Assembly: GCA_036867785.1 (NCBI GenBank) | Contig: CP145412.1 | Span: 1,612,001-1,659,604, forward strand | DNA length: 47,604 nucleotides | Reading direction: 5' to 3' | DNA from: Plasmodiophora brassicae | Taxonomy: Eukaryota | In this document: positions 23,495 through 34,859 of the stretch, in pieces | Layout: the number at the start of each line of letters is the position of its first letter | Position numbering within the stretch: the stretch's first letter is position 1 | Program-made: the position numbers and the translations under genes | Notes under the pieces: generated by a model | Told to the model about the DNA's origin: nothing | Databases searched by the model: none | The model's input: the letters and a program-made list of their open reading frames with translations, nothing else

Positions 23495-23816
23495 TCGTGG
23501 CTGGCTGGCCCAGATCTACAACATCAGACTCATTCAGCGACCAGATGATTCCTCGAATGTCATGCGTTTACCAGCCAGCACCGCCAGTAGCGACTTTGTG
23601 TCGACACGGACGCTGTGCTGGCAGGACCGTTGCAATGAATGAATGCGAATGCCTTCCCGTAACGGCAAGCTGGCCGAACCCATAGCGCGCTACGTGAACC
23701 AGGTGTCAACGGCCAAGTACGTTCTTCCATAGCAGTCGGATGGGTCCTACAGAACGCGACACGCACGAATGTATTCCGACATCAGTGGTCGTGGTCGGTT
23801 TACCTCCACGTCGCGG

Positions 23817-24356
23817 TTACCAGTCGTGCTCGTGGTCGTGACCGGCCTCCCACCCGTCCGCGTCGACGCCGTCTTCGTGACCCTGCCCGCCCATGGCCGG
23901 GTCGTGCAGGTACGGGATCATGTCGCCGTGGTCCATCATCTCGCCGTACTCGCCGTGCACGTGGTCGTCGTCACCGTTGCGGTGGTGGTGCTCGGTCAGC
24001 TCGTTCTCGACGTGGTGCTGCTCGTCGGGCGTGACAATGTCTTCGTGGATGTCCTTGATGTCCAGGTCGTTGTGGGGCGTGTGCGAGTGGTGGTGCTTGC
24101 GCTCGTGCTCCAGGTGCTGGCCTTCGTCGAAGTCGTCAATGTGGTCGTAGTCGACGTTGTTGTGCAGCAGGTTGCCGTCGACGTCACGGTGCACCTCGTT
24201 CATGTGCTTGTGCCAGTCGTCGACATCATCCTCGTGGTCGTGGTCGTGATCGTCGTGACCGTGGTCGTCATGGAACGGGAAGTCGTCACCACCAAAGTGG
24301 TCGGCCGCAACCGCGCCAGCCAGCAGCACCAGCAATGCAATCGAAGCGAAACGCAT
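23817..24356 (-). CDS. Secreted His/Asp-rich protein, copy 2 (179 aa), inverted paralog of 15897-16460
   Basis: Signal peptide MRFASIALLVLLAGAVAA; the core is nearly identical to copy 1 at the nucleotide level. Confidence 0.85.
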   Translation of the reverse strand: MRFASIALLVLLAGAVAADHFGGDDFPFHDDHGHDDHDHDHEDDVDDWHKHMNEVHRDVDGNLLHNNVDYDHIDDFDEGQHLEHERKHHHSHTPHNDLDIKDIHEDIVTPDEQHHVENELTEHHHRNGDDDHVHGEYGEMMDHGDMIPYLHDPAMGGQGHEDGVDADGWEAGHDHEHDW

Positions 24357-24471
24357 CTTGATTTCTCCTGATGTTGTTGTTGCCGTTGTTGTTGTTGCTG
24401 TCGAGGGCGTCCTGGGATTTCGGGAATGGCCTGGATTCGAGCAGCCCGCAGCCTGGTCGGCCGGGGCCCAG

Positions 24472-24512
24472 TGACGTCACGCCACGTCCCCTGGTACGGA
24501 CCGTGATTCACG
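24472..24512 (-). promoter_or_regulatory. Motif cluster CGTGAATCACG / GGGACGTGGC / CGTGACGTCA upstream of His-rich gene copy 2
   Basis: Mirrors the cluster at 15719-15775. Confidence 0.5.
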
Positions 24513-24770
24513 TCGTTCCTCGCGGGTGTCTGTTGACACTGCGACTGGCCAGCCAGCGTTCCCGTGGATTTCATCGCGCGACCGGGGCCCTGGTGCACGT
24601 CTGACAAAACGATCGCCAGTCTGTATGTGCAGGGTGTGGCATCGTGCTCTAAAAGGCGCGCTCGCCGCCGTGTGCAGTGTCGGACAAAATAGGTTGTGCG
24701 TGACTGGGCCATTTACTCGGACAGGGTCCAGCGCGCGTCGGCCGTCGATCGTCGACCGCCAGTGCCAGTC

Positions 24771-26051
24771 ATGCGCCCTGGACGAGATACGGCCCCGGCG
24801 TCAGACGCCGCGCCGCACGACCCGGACAGCTTTGGCGGGTTCGTGCGTAACATGCTGGCCGGGATCATGCTACCGGGCGGCGACCGCAGGCAGCCGGATC
24901 GCGTGCCCGCCCAGATCAACCTGATGCTGCAACAGGTCTGGATCGCGGCCGAGGAGATGGCCGCCGATGACGATGGCCCTCCGCCCGCGTCCGACGCTGC
25001 CATCGACTCGCTCCTCGAAGTCGTCATCGGCGAGAACACGGCGCGCGTCGCCGACGACGACTGCGTCGTGTGCCGGGACGCGTTCAAGATCGGGCAGTCG
25101 GCACGGGAGCTGCCCTGCCGCCACCTGTTCCATTCGGACTGCATCGTCCCATGGCTGAAGACGCGAAACACGTGCCCGATATGCAGGCACGAGCTGCCCA
25201 CCGATGGCGACCTGTTCGACGGGGTTCATGACGATGAGAACGCCGACGGCAACGTGCAGCCGGGACGGCAATGGGATCGGCGCGAACGGTCGCCCGCGTC
25301 CCACGATGACGACGACGACGATGAGGAGCGTCACGAGGCCAGCGATTCAATGCCGTCGCTGTGTTCGTCGTCGGACGTCGATATGTACACGGACGACTAC
25401 GACAACGATGATTTGGTAGACGACGACGACGACGAAGACGACGAGGACGACGACGATGATGACGAAGAGGACGACGACGACGAGGACTACGACGATTCCG
25501 ACGAGTATTGCAGTTCATGCGGGGCGGCCAACGAGACGCACGAGGCTCGACGTGATGACGAGCCTCGGCGACACGTCGTCGCAGCGCGAGGCGATGTCGA
25601 TCATCAGCAACGGCGACCCTCGAATCACCATCCGACTGGCACGGTACGGCTACATGCACGACTTCGTGCCATGCATGGGCGCGTGCGTCGAGCGGAGGAT
25701 CGCGCTGCTCTCCTGGAGGGGGACTTCCGCATTCTGCACACCATGTCGGCGGGGGAGTTGCGCTCCCTGGAACGGCAGCAGGTGCGCGCCCTGCGACGCA
25801 CCCGGCAGGCGCTGGAGTCGGCGCTGGCGTCGCAGGCCCCGCTCTGCGTGCTCTGCAGGAGGCTGCCGATTCAGGTGGCGTTCCGCCCCTGCAATTGCGC
25901 CTGCGTCTGCCACGAATGCGCCGACTCGCAGCGGACCGTCCACTGCCCGGTCTGCAACGCCAACGTCCTGGGGCGGGCCGAATTCCGCTTCCCGTACTCA
26001 CGTGGTCGCCCGGCGCCGCGTGGTCGTCACGGGCACCCACGATCTGGCTAG
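24771..26051 (+). CDS. E3 ubiquitin ligase with RING-H2, acidic tract and a second C-terminal RING-like finger
   Basis: PPPASDAAIDSL...CVVCRDAF...LPCRHLFHSDCIVPWLKTRNTCPICRHELP; poly-D/E tract; CVLC...FRPCNCACVCHECA...CPVC. Confidence 0.8.
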   Translation: MRPGRDTAPASDAAPHDPDSFGGFVRNMLAGIMLPGGDRRQPDRVPAQINLMLQQVWIAAEEMAADDDGPPPASDAAIDSLLEVVIGENTARVADDDCVVCRDAFKIGQSARELPCRHLFHSDCIVPWLKTRNTCPICRHELPTDGDLFDGVHDDENADGNVQPGRQWDRRERSPASHDDDDDDEERHEASDSMPSLCSSSDVDMYTDDYDNDDLVDDDDDEDDEDDDDDDEEDDDDEDYDDSDEYCSSCGAANETHEARRDDEPRRHVVAARGDVDHQQRRPSNHHPTGTVRLHARLRAMHGRVRRAEDRAALLEGDFRILHTMSAGELRSLERQQVRALRRTRQALESALASQAPLCVLCRRLPIQVAFRPCNCACVCHECADSQRTVHCPVCNANVLGRAEFRFPYSRGRPAPRGRHGHPRSG

Positions 26052-26222
26052 CCTACCTACATATACGTATATCGGTTAATCCGCTCACTGCCCTGGTCTC
26101 GACAGCGCTCTGGGGCCCTGGCCAGGCAGGGCGGTGCTCTATCTGCACTGGGCGATCCATACCGTCTACGTGTTGCAGGAGGGACTGTCGTGACGCGTCG
26201 CTCGCTACCCCATGGTCGCACA

Positions 26223-26949
26223 CTATTTATTCTTCCTGCTGCCGCCGAACGTGAAGTTGAAACCGGCAGCGGCCATGTCATGGTCGATGGTCCCTGATGA
26301 TGGGGCGTTGCCGCTGGAGATCGCGGCCTTGCGCTGCTGGCGTCGTTCGAGCTTGGCCTGCCGTCTAGCGTCCTCCTCGGCCTGTCGTGCGGCCAGGCGC
26401 GTCGCAACGTCGGTGCGCACGGCCACCGATTGGCGCTGGCGCCGATGGAATTCAATACGCTCCTTGACCTGCGCCAACGTGGCACGCTCGACTCGAAGCT
26501 CGTTGCCGATGGCATGCTGATCTGTTAGACATTGTCAGTGGGGCGACCTGGATCCACAGTTGGGGCCATAGACTGTACGCATTTGCGAGTTGAGGTGGTC
26601 CAGCCAGCTCTTGTTGTCCTTGAATTGCCGATCGCAGGCCTGGCAGTACCAGCCGGCGCCGATCTGATCCGCCGGGGCCGCCGCTAAGGATACTTGTGCC
26701 GTTTTACCGACGTCTGCATCCAGTGATAACGATTCGTCACGTGCTCGCAGGGCGCTCTTCTCCATGACGGCCAGCGCTGTAGCGTCACGCGTCAGCACCG
26801 CATGACATGGCGACACGGCAGACATTCATATACGTACTGACAGGGCGTCGCGCCTGATCGCCGATCTCTCCGGCCAGGATTTTCCGCTCGTACTCCTCGG
26901 CATCCCATTTCTTTCTGCCGGAATCTTCAACGACGCCCCGCTTCGGCAT
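26223..26949 (-). CDS. ZMAT2: Spliceosomal matrin-type zinc finger protein ZMAT2/Snu23, 3 exons
   Basis: RKKWDAEEY; GWYCQACDRQFKDNKSWLDHLNS..H; LRVERATLAQVKER; MAAAGFNFTFGGSRK. Confidence 0.85.
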
Positions 26950-27099
26950 GTCTGGACAGAGACGGGACGCGACAGTGACCACCACTGCAGGCGCGACTGC
27001 CACTCGTCGCGTCGGGGCGCCACGGAGTGCGCGCCCCGCCCGACCATCCGGCGACTCTCTGAAGGGGCGACGAGCGCCGCCAACCACCGGTTCGCCCTC

Positions 27100-28383
27100 A
27101 TGGGATCGTGGCTGTCTGCTGGCACGTCGCATCGGGCCGGCGCCCACGCCGACATGTACGAACCGGTGGCGCCGTGGCAGATGGCGCGCGACCGATTCGA
27201 GGCGCGATACCCGGGTCAGGCGCATCCGGCGTTCTTCCCGGGGTCCTGTCAGGACGCCCTGAAACACGCCCGGGATACCCGACGACTCCTGGTCATATAC
27301 GTGCACTGCCCCTGGCATCAGGACACGGACCGGTTCGTCAGGGAGACGCTAGGTCAGCGGGCATTGCCTCGTCTGTCGCCCTGCTGTTCATGCGACGTGA
27401 CGTCAGGCGCCGCTGAAATCATCACATGCCTCGATTCGGATTTCATCGTCTGGATGGACGACATGCAATCTATCGGTAACGTCCGTTGATGCACTGCTGG
27501 CGGCACCGCGATTGCCAACCGCGGCTCCCAATGCAGACGGGTACACGATGGCCGGCCAGTTGCAGTTCGAGTCGTTCCCCTTCCTGGCAATCGTGTTCCC
27601 GTCATCGTCAACGACAACGATGACGGTGCACGCGCGGTTCAACGGATACGTTCCTTCGGTGCAGCTACTGACGCGGCTGCATGCTGTCAACAACGAGTTC
27701 AACTACGCGTATGCGTCGCAGCGGGCACAAGAGGCGCAACACGAGTAGGGTGATTTTCGATTCCTATCTGGAGCACGAAGGCGTCGTCTGAGGGCATCGC
27801 GACAGCGAGGCGCGCCACCTGCGTCAGGCGCAGGACGATGAGTATCAGGCCGCCCTGGAACGTGATCGGCGTCTGCTGCAGGAGGTTGAAGAGCGGCAAC
27901 GCAAGGAGGAAAGCGAGCGTATGGAGCGCGAGGCAGAAGCCCGCGATCGTCAACGCCTTCTGGTCACTGCTCACATTGCGATACGACTGGAGAACCGGAC
28001 TGTAACCGTGGCCGGTGGTGTTTCAGGACGAGCGTCGTCGTCTGCTGGATACGCTACCGTCGGAGCCGTCGCCGGACACCTCCGGCTGTGTCACTGTCCA
28101 GATCCGGTTGACGGATGGGCGCAAGTTGCAGAGGAGGTTCACAAGCGGCGACCGTGTCCAGGTCAGTAGTGGACCGTCCACCTGCACTGGATCCTCTATC
28201 CCCGACACTGACGTCGCCACGCTCAAGGACCTGTACAATTGGGTGATCGGGACGGACCCGGAATCAGGCACCAGTTTCGAGCTCGTGTCGAACTACCCGC
28301 GACAGGTCTACGCCAGTCGGTCACTGACGCTCGGCGAAGCCGGTCTGGCGCCCCAGTGCGCTCTGTTCATTCAGGAACTGTGA
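27100..28383 (+). CDS. UAS-UBX domain p97 cofactor (FAF2/PUX10-like), several introns
   Basis: HPAFFPGSCQDAL...LLVIYVH (UAS), LRQAQDDEYQAALERDR coiled coil, and UBX IRLTDGRKLQRRF...LVSNYPR...TLGEAGLAP. Confidence 0.85.
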
Positions 28384-28704
28384 CATCAGGTTCCCCGTAA
28401 ACGTCATACCTATCTAATATACTCCGGCACGCGCTCGCCACACCGCGTCTGTCCAATCAGTGCTCGCACGTGCAGCACCCTGCTACTGTCGTTAGTCATC
28501 GAGCGCGGCAGGGGCTATGCTGGATGGGGAAACCCTCGCCCTGCCCGTCCCTGGTATGGGTTCCCTATGTACTGCAGGTTGTGGGGGCGGCGGCGCGCTG
28601 GTTGATGATTTTGCCGGCGACCTGACGGTTTCGCGGCGTCCCGACTCCCGAGGCGAGCAATCCGTGACAGTCCGCGTCAGGCGCCGTCACACGACCCTTA
28701 TCCG

Positions 28705-30568
28705 ATGAGCGTCCCCGATGTCGTGTCCGTCTACGACGATGCACGCGTGCACGCCGCTGCCGTCACCCGGGACTATATTTGCCATCCGCGCCTAGGTAGG
28801 GCGTTGGGCCGCCCATACGCGTTCGTGGATGGCGCCGCTGACCGCGTCGCACCCGTCATAGATTACAGGACGCTGGTCGGCGTTCGTGGGCCACTGGTCA
28901 TCCTCGACAATGTCAAAGTATGTGTGGCGTCCGGGGCCACGTCGCAGACGTGCTCATTCCTATTGGGTGTTCCAGTTCCCGAAATTCGCTGAGATTGTCA
29001 ACATCACGCTCGGCAATGGCCAGACGCGTAAAGGGCAGGTCCTGGAAGTCAGTGGCAACAAGGCCATCGTTCAAGTCTTCGAAGGTACCCGATCTTCGCC
29101 AATCGCTGTCCATCATCTCAAATCGGACCGTCTAATCGCTTTCGCCCTTGCGAATGTCGTCAGGCACCAGCGGCATCGACGTCAAGTATACGCGCTGCGA
29201 GTTCACTGGTGATGTTCTTCGCATGCCAATGTCGGAGGAGATGCTAGGCCGTGTATTCGACGGTTCGGGACGGCCGAAGGACCATATCCCGGTCCTGGCC
29301 GAATCGTACCTGGATATCCAGGGGCAGCCCATCAACCCGTGCGAGAGGACGTACCCGCAGGAGATGATCCAGACGGGCATCTCCACGATTGATACGATGA
29401 ACTCGATTGCGCGTGGCCAGAAGATCCCGCTGTTCTCCGCCGCCGGCCTGCCCCACAACGAGATTGCCGCACAGATCTGCCGTCAGGCTGGCCTGGTCCA
29501 GCACAAGGGCAAGAACGTCACTGATACGCACGAGGATAACTTTGCCATCGTGTTCGCCGCCATGGGTGTCAACATGGAGACGGCCCGATTCTTCAAGCAG
29601 GACTTTGAGCAGAACGGATCAATGGAGCGCGTATCGCTCTTCTTGAACCTGGCCAACGACCCGACCATCGAGCGTATCATCACGCCGCGTCTCGCTCTGA
29701 CGACGGCCGAGTATACGCCCCGTCGCGTTCCTTCCGTTGTAAACAGCTCTGCTCACCATTGCCAATAGGTACCTGGCGTACACCCGCGACATGCACGTCC
29801 TCGTGATCCTGACCGACATGACGTCGTATGCGGATGCGCTTCGTGAGGTGTCGGCTGCGCGTGAGGAGGTGCCTGGGCGCCGTGGGTACCCGGGATACAT
29901 GTACACGGATCTGTCCACAATCTATGAGAGAGCGGGGCGTGTCAACGGCCACACCGGGTCCATTACGCAGCTGCCCATTCTGACCATGCCCAATAACGAC
30001 ATTACGCACCCGATCCCCGACCTGACGGGCTACATTACCGAAGGACAGGTAACAGCGTGTTCAGACATGCCTCCGGGGCGGACCGTACCGATGCTGAACC
30101 TTGTGCTCTCAGGTTTACATTGATTCGCAGCTGCACAACCGGCAGATCTACCCGCCTATCAATGTCCTCCCGTCGCTGTCACGTTTGATGAAGAGCGCCA
30201 TTGGTAAAGGTTTCACGCGGGACGACCACCCTGATGTATCCAACCAGCTGTACGCCAACTATGCCGCCGGCAAAGACACGCAGGCGCTGAAGGCGGTCGT
30301 CGGCGAGGAGGCGCTGTCACCGGAGGAGTTCCTGTACCTGGAATTTCTCGAAAAGTTTGAATCCAAATTCGTCAACCAAGGCCCGTACGAGAACCGCACC
30401 ATCTTTGAATCGCTGGAGAAGGCCTGGACTCTGCTGCGGACGTTCCCACCGGAATCGCTGAAGAAGATCCCACACCAGCTTCGTGACAAGTACTACCTGA
30501 GACAGGAACAGGCGAACGCGGCGTCCGAATCAACGCCTTCCTCTCCGTCCAAGGCCCAACATCACTGA
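28705..30568 (+). CDS. VMA2: V-type H+-ATPase subunit B, several introns
   Basis: [106 protein letters not shown]. Confidence 0.97.
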
Positions 30569-30776
30569 CCGCCTCCGCCTCCACTGCAAATATATGAAGT
30601 CATCATTTACTGTTTGCCTGTCTAGGGAACAGTTTCGCGATTGCTGAGGGCGGCCCCCAGCCCATCGCGAAGGGTCAGTTTGGTGCTCAGTGGGGGACAT
30701 GTCTCCTGTAGTCCAACAGCTGCCTGTCCTACTCTGAGACCACCTGCTTGGGAATCGCCCCAACTGGCATGACGAC

Positions 30777-32054
30777 ATGGTCGTCTTAACGGTGCCAACC
30801 CTGTTCGAACTAGCAGCTCAATCGCTGGGACGACTGTTCTCAGCAACGTTGGCTGACCAATGTCGATCGGTTTCCTTGCCTCCGCAGACACTGTCTTACG
30901 CCTGGCAAGCGGCCAGTGCCAACGGCGCCCTGCTTCGTGACTGCCACCTGCACCTGTTTTGGCAGATGATACTCGACGAGCGGTCTGGCAGTTATAAGGA
31001 CAGAAGCAGCGCTCCTGTTGCTGTCAATTTCGCTGGCCAGGTTCGACACGCATGCGGCCCGCGACGGACGAAGACACAGTGCTTATGAGCGGCGCGCTGC
31101 CTTGTATAGAGACGACTAACAGAAGAGGCGTTTACAATGCTGGCCAACTTCATTACGTCTGCAGACATCCCTGTTTGCCACCTGGACCTGTCCTTTACAC
31201 AGGTGAATGACGCCGAGCTTTACCTTTTAGCGAGGGCGTGCTCGACGAGTCTGCAGACGCTGTCACTGGCTGGGTGCCACAGGGTGGGCCCTGAGGGCGT
31301 ACAAGCCTTTGGACGATACTGCCCGACGTTGACATCCGTCGACTTCCAATGCCTCGACGGGCTCAGCGATGTCGCCCTACAGGATATCGTACATCGCCTG
31401 CAGAACCTTCAAAGCATCGATATCGGCGCCTGCCAGAACCTGACCAACATCTCGTTCCAAATCATTGCATCGCACGGACGCGCTTTGAAGAGGTTTGCCG
31501 CTGCAGTGTGTACCAACAGCGTACCAGTTGACGACGCCGTTTGATAGAGTGAGCGCGGCCGGCTGCCAGCAGGTCACCGAATGCGATCTGGAGGATCTGT
31601 CCAAGTGCACGTCGATGACCTCGCTCAGCCTGCGTGCTTGTCGCCGCCTGACAGTGAGACTTGCGACACGAAACTTGCCCCCGACGGATACATATGTCAT
31701 GACCTGCTGGTAGGATGACAGTGTCCGTCACCTGGCTCGACTCGGTCGACGGAAGGCACATAGGGGATTGCCACCACTGAAGGTTTGTCACCCCGATTGT
31801 AGCACTCATGGTTTCAACGGCCTAAACGGTGTTACCGCTTGCCGCAGTGGCTGGACCTGGGAGGATGCACACGGCTGACTCACCGATCCATATTGGCAAT
31901 CGCCCGGGAAAATCGCGACCTTGAGCATCTGGACTTGCGCGGTATTGCCCTGGGCGAAGACACGCAGCTGGAGCTGACCCGGCTGTTACCGCGGTGCACG
32001 TACCTGAACATGGGCACCCCCTCACGCGGGCACCTGAACAAATGTGGATACTAA
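30777..32054 (+). CDS. Cysteine-containing leucine-rich repeat protein (FBXL/AMN1-like LRRs), several introns
   Basis: Repeated LxxLxLxGCxxLT units (LQTLSLAGCHRV, LQSIDIGACQNLT, LSLRACRRLT, LDLGGCTRLT). Confidence 0.75.
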
Positions 32055-32217
32055 AGTCTGTACTTTAGCATCGTCGGTTGCCGTCAGCGGCACATGCGTA
32101 TCGATTCCGAAGGGCCCGTCGTCTGTGTCCGTCGTTTTGGTCCGTCGTCGGGGTCCCTAATACCGGCAAGGGTCGCAGACGGCTGCACGGCGCCGCGGCG
32201 GCCTGCCCTCGTCACCG

Positions 32218-33341
32218 ATGGACCAGGAGGACCGCGGCCGGCAGCCAGACGGGCAGGCGGGTAGGAGGCGTCGCTCGGAGCGTCAGGATCGGGAGCGAGC
32301 GCGCCGCAGGCTGCTCGGCGATAGCACGAAGCAGACCGATGCCGAGCGGATCGTCGTGCGGCAGGACCTGCGCGCGCTCGTCAAGAGGACGAAAGAGTCG
32401 CGAGCCGCCATATTCGCTGGCGACGCGTCCGTACTGGAAGAACTCCACGCTCAGCATGATGCCATCCACGAGCGAGGTCGGGCGACGTGTCGGAGCCCAC
32501 TGCGAAGACTGATCCGGTCTGTGTAGTGCTGCACCCTTCGGAGGCGAACATCGAGGCCAAGGAACTGTCACTCATGGCATCGTTGACTGCCGAGAGTACG
32601 CGACTAATGGCCGAGAAGTTCAGCCTCGTCTCCGTTGACGTACGTCTCCAGACCAGGGTCCTGATAGCGATGCCGTCGCATGCGTCCTAACCGCTGCTGT
32701 AGGACTTCATAGCGAGGATTGCGTCTGAATTCTCGATGGACATGGCCGACGATGATGACGAAGACGTGCGCGAACGTGGCGCATCAATCGACTGGGTTCG
32801 GCTGGGTAAGGACGGGAGTAACTGCCTGGTGTCGGTGCGCACCTGCGACTTCATGCCGGGCCTGTTGACGATGGACACGGCGGGAGCGGAACCGGCAGAG
32901 AAGACTCGAGCGCGAAAGCGCCGTCGGGAGGCGCCGGACACCGATGCGGTCCACGTCGATCGTGTTGAGGCACCGGCTACCACCCTGGTCCAAACACAGA
33001 CTGACGCGCGAGTGGCGACCCTGCACAAGATCTTGAAGTCGGCGCCAACTGGATACCCGTTCTTCAGGCTCATTGTCAACCCTGTGTCGTTCGGGCAGAC
33101 TGTCGAGAACCTGTTCGACCTATCGTTCCTGGTCGGCAGTGGGCATGCCCAGATCCAGGTCGACGACGACGGCGAACTTCGCGTCACGTATCAGACGCCT
33201 CCGGATAACGAGGAGCTCAAGAGCGGTCATGTGCCTACGCAGTCCATCGTCCAGATGGATATGCGTCTCTGGGAGGAGGTCAAGCGCGTATACGACATCA
33301 AGGAAAGCCTTATACCAACGCGGCCGAACGATATTGTCTGA
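32218..33341 (+). CDS. NSE4: SMC5/6 kleisin subunit NSE4/EID3, 3 exons
   Basis: Nse4_C signature FFRLIVNPVSFGQTVENLFDLSFLV...WEEVKRVYDIKESLIPTR. Confidence 0.85.
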
Positions 33342-33516
33342 TGTGACGGGCGCGGTTATCCCTTATCCATCTACATAGATTGTTGTAGTAAACGAGCGTC
33401 ACTGCGAGCCTCCAAACCCAGGACCGTACGACATTGCAACAAGAGTCGTGATCCACCAGCAGTTCGGCAAAGCACCTGCGCATGAGTAGCGGCGATAAAC
33501 AGCGGTGCGGACACGT

Positions 33517-34626
33517 TTATAACGTAACCGAGCCGATCGATTGCCCGACACGTACAACCTGGCCCGGCTGGACAGTAAACTCGAACTGCTTGTCGGGTGC
33601 CTCCCAGACAACGACCAGGGTGGACCCGAGCATGAACCGGCCGAGCTCGTCACCCCGTTCGCTTAAGTGCATGAACGGGCGTCGCAGCGGCGGCATACCG
33701 ACCTGGCTGCCGTGCAAGTTGGTCACCAGATCGTCATCCATGTTGATACGGATGGACCCGACATTGAAGGCGCCGACGGCGGTTAGCGAATAGAACCCGT
33801 GCGCCCATTGCCCAATCAGCGATACGCGTTCGTTCATGGTGAACAGGCCGGGGACGCGTCTCACCAGGGCGGGCGCCACGGACAGCAGATCGCCAGCGAT
33901 ATGCATTCGCTCGCAGATATGCCATCGGGACGGCGAATGGAACCGATGGTAATCGCCCGGCGCCAGGTACACAACGCAGTAGTACAGGGAGGATCCCGGC
34001 CCCGGTTCGGGTGCGCACCCCAGGAACCCGTCCAGCGCATACGACGAGTCTTTGATCTGGTCCAGACGCCCATGCGGCGACACCTGCCCGCATCTACACC
34101 GCCGAGAGTGAGGCACACGTTGCCAGCCATCACGGGCGGAAACGTACATCGTGACGAGCCCATCGGCAGGCGAGACAACATCGGCAACGGCATCAATGGG
34201 TCGTATACCGTCCTTCAACGGGCGCGTGAAGAAGTCGTTCAAGGTCGTGTAGGCGCGCGGCGGGTATCTGGCCTCGTCCAGGTCGGCATTGAAGAAGAAG
34301 GCCCAGGCCCCGAAGATAGGCGAACGCAGGAATTCGGGAATATGCCATCCCGCCATGAGCCCGTACATTCTCGAGGTGGCCCGGTGCGGGAGCGCTCTAG
34401 CTGCCCATCGCTGTACAGCCCCTCGTGTCAGAGCGACTGGAACCCATAACAGGATACCTAGGCACGTGCGTCGGCTACTACGTACGATGGTGGATTGGAC
34501 GGGCGTCGCCGGTTCCGCCAGCGACGGAGGCACGGGAGGCGTGTTCCAGGCGGAATATGCGATGGCGCTGCCGCCAGCGGCACCAAGCAGGTGTCGCGCA
34601 CGTATTACCTTCCACAGGCGGAACAT
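33517..34626 (-). CDS. PSD1: Phosphatidylserine decarboxylase (mitochondrial PSD1 type); probable introns 34094-34147 and 34411-34485
   Basis: FFTRPLKDGIRPI, SPADG, YLAPGDYHRFHSP, NER, VGAFNVGSI and autocleavage motif FMLGST. Confidence 0.92.
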   Translation of the reverse strand: MFRLWKVIRARHLLGAAGGSAIAYSAWNTPPVPPSLAEPATPVQSTIVRSSRRTCLGILLWVPVALTRGAVQRWAARALPHRATSRMYGLMAGWHIPEFLRSPIFGAWAFFFNADLDEARYPPRAYTTLNDFFTRPLKDGIRPIDAVADVVSPADGLVTMYVSARDGWQRVPHSRRCRCGQVSPHGRLDQIKDSSYALDGFLGCAPEPGPGSSLYYCVVYLAPGDYHRFHSPSRWHICERMHIAGDLLSVAPALVRRVPGLFTMNERVSLIGQWAHGFYSLTAVGAFNVGSIRINMDDDLVTNLHGSQVGMPPLRRPFMHLSERGDELGRFMLGSTLVVVWEAPDKQFEFTVQPGQVVRVGQSIGSVTL

Positions 34627-34859
34627 TGCCGGAGACGGGCGCCGCTGCCACAGCAGACAGGCAGCGCCGCAGTTGCAGGTCAACCCGCAACGAGCAAGTG
34701 CGCGCTCGCAATGTCGCGCCCGCCGAATCAATCGTGCAGCAGTCGGCTGACAAGACAGCCCGTGCGTATATACGTCGTCACTTGCGCTATGGTATGCTGG
34801 CTGAAGACGTTGGCGTTTTACTGCTGCCGTTGGACAATCGCGTTTACGGCCACGGACGA

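Noticed and set aside
24370-24400. (GTT)n microsatellite upstream of His-rich copy 2
   Set aside because: Short CAA-type 5' UTR repeat; unremarkable.
25420-25500. (GAC/GAT/GAG)n tract
   Set aside because: Encodes the acidic region of the RING protein; not an independent repeat or CRISPR-like array.
34094-34485. Apparent insertions in the PSD ORF (and similar ones in the INTS8-like and UBX genes)
   Set aside because: Explained as stop-free introns of 3n length (54 and 75 nt, GT-AG), which are common in GC-rich genomes with short introns.
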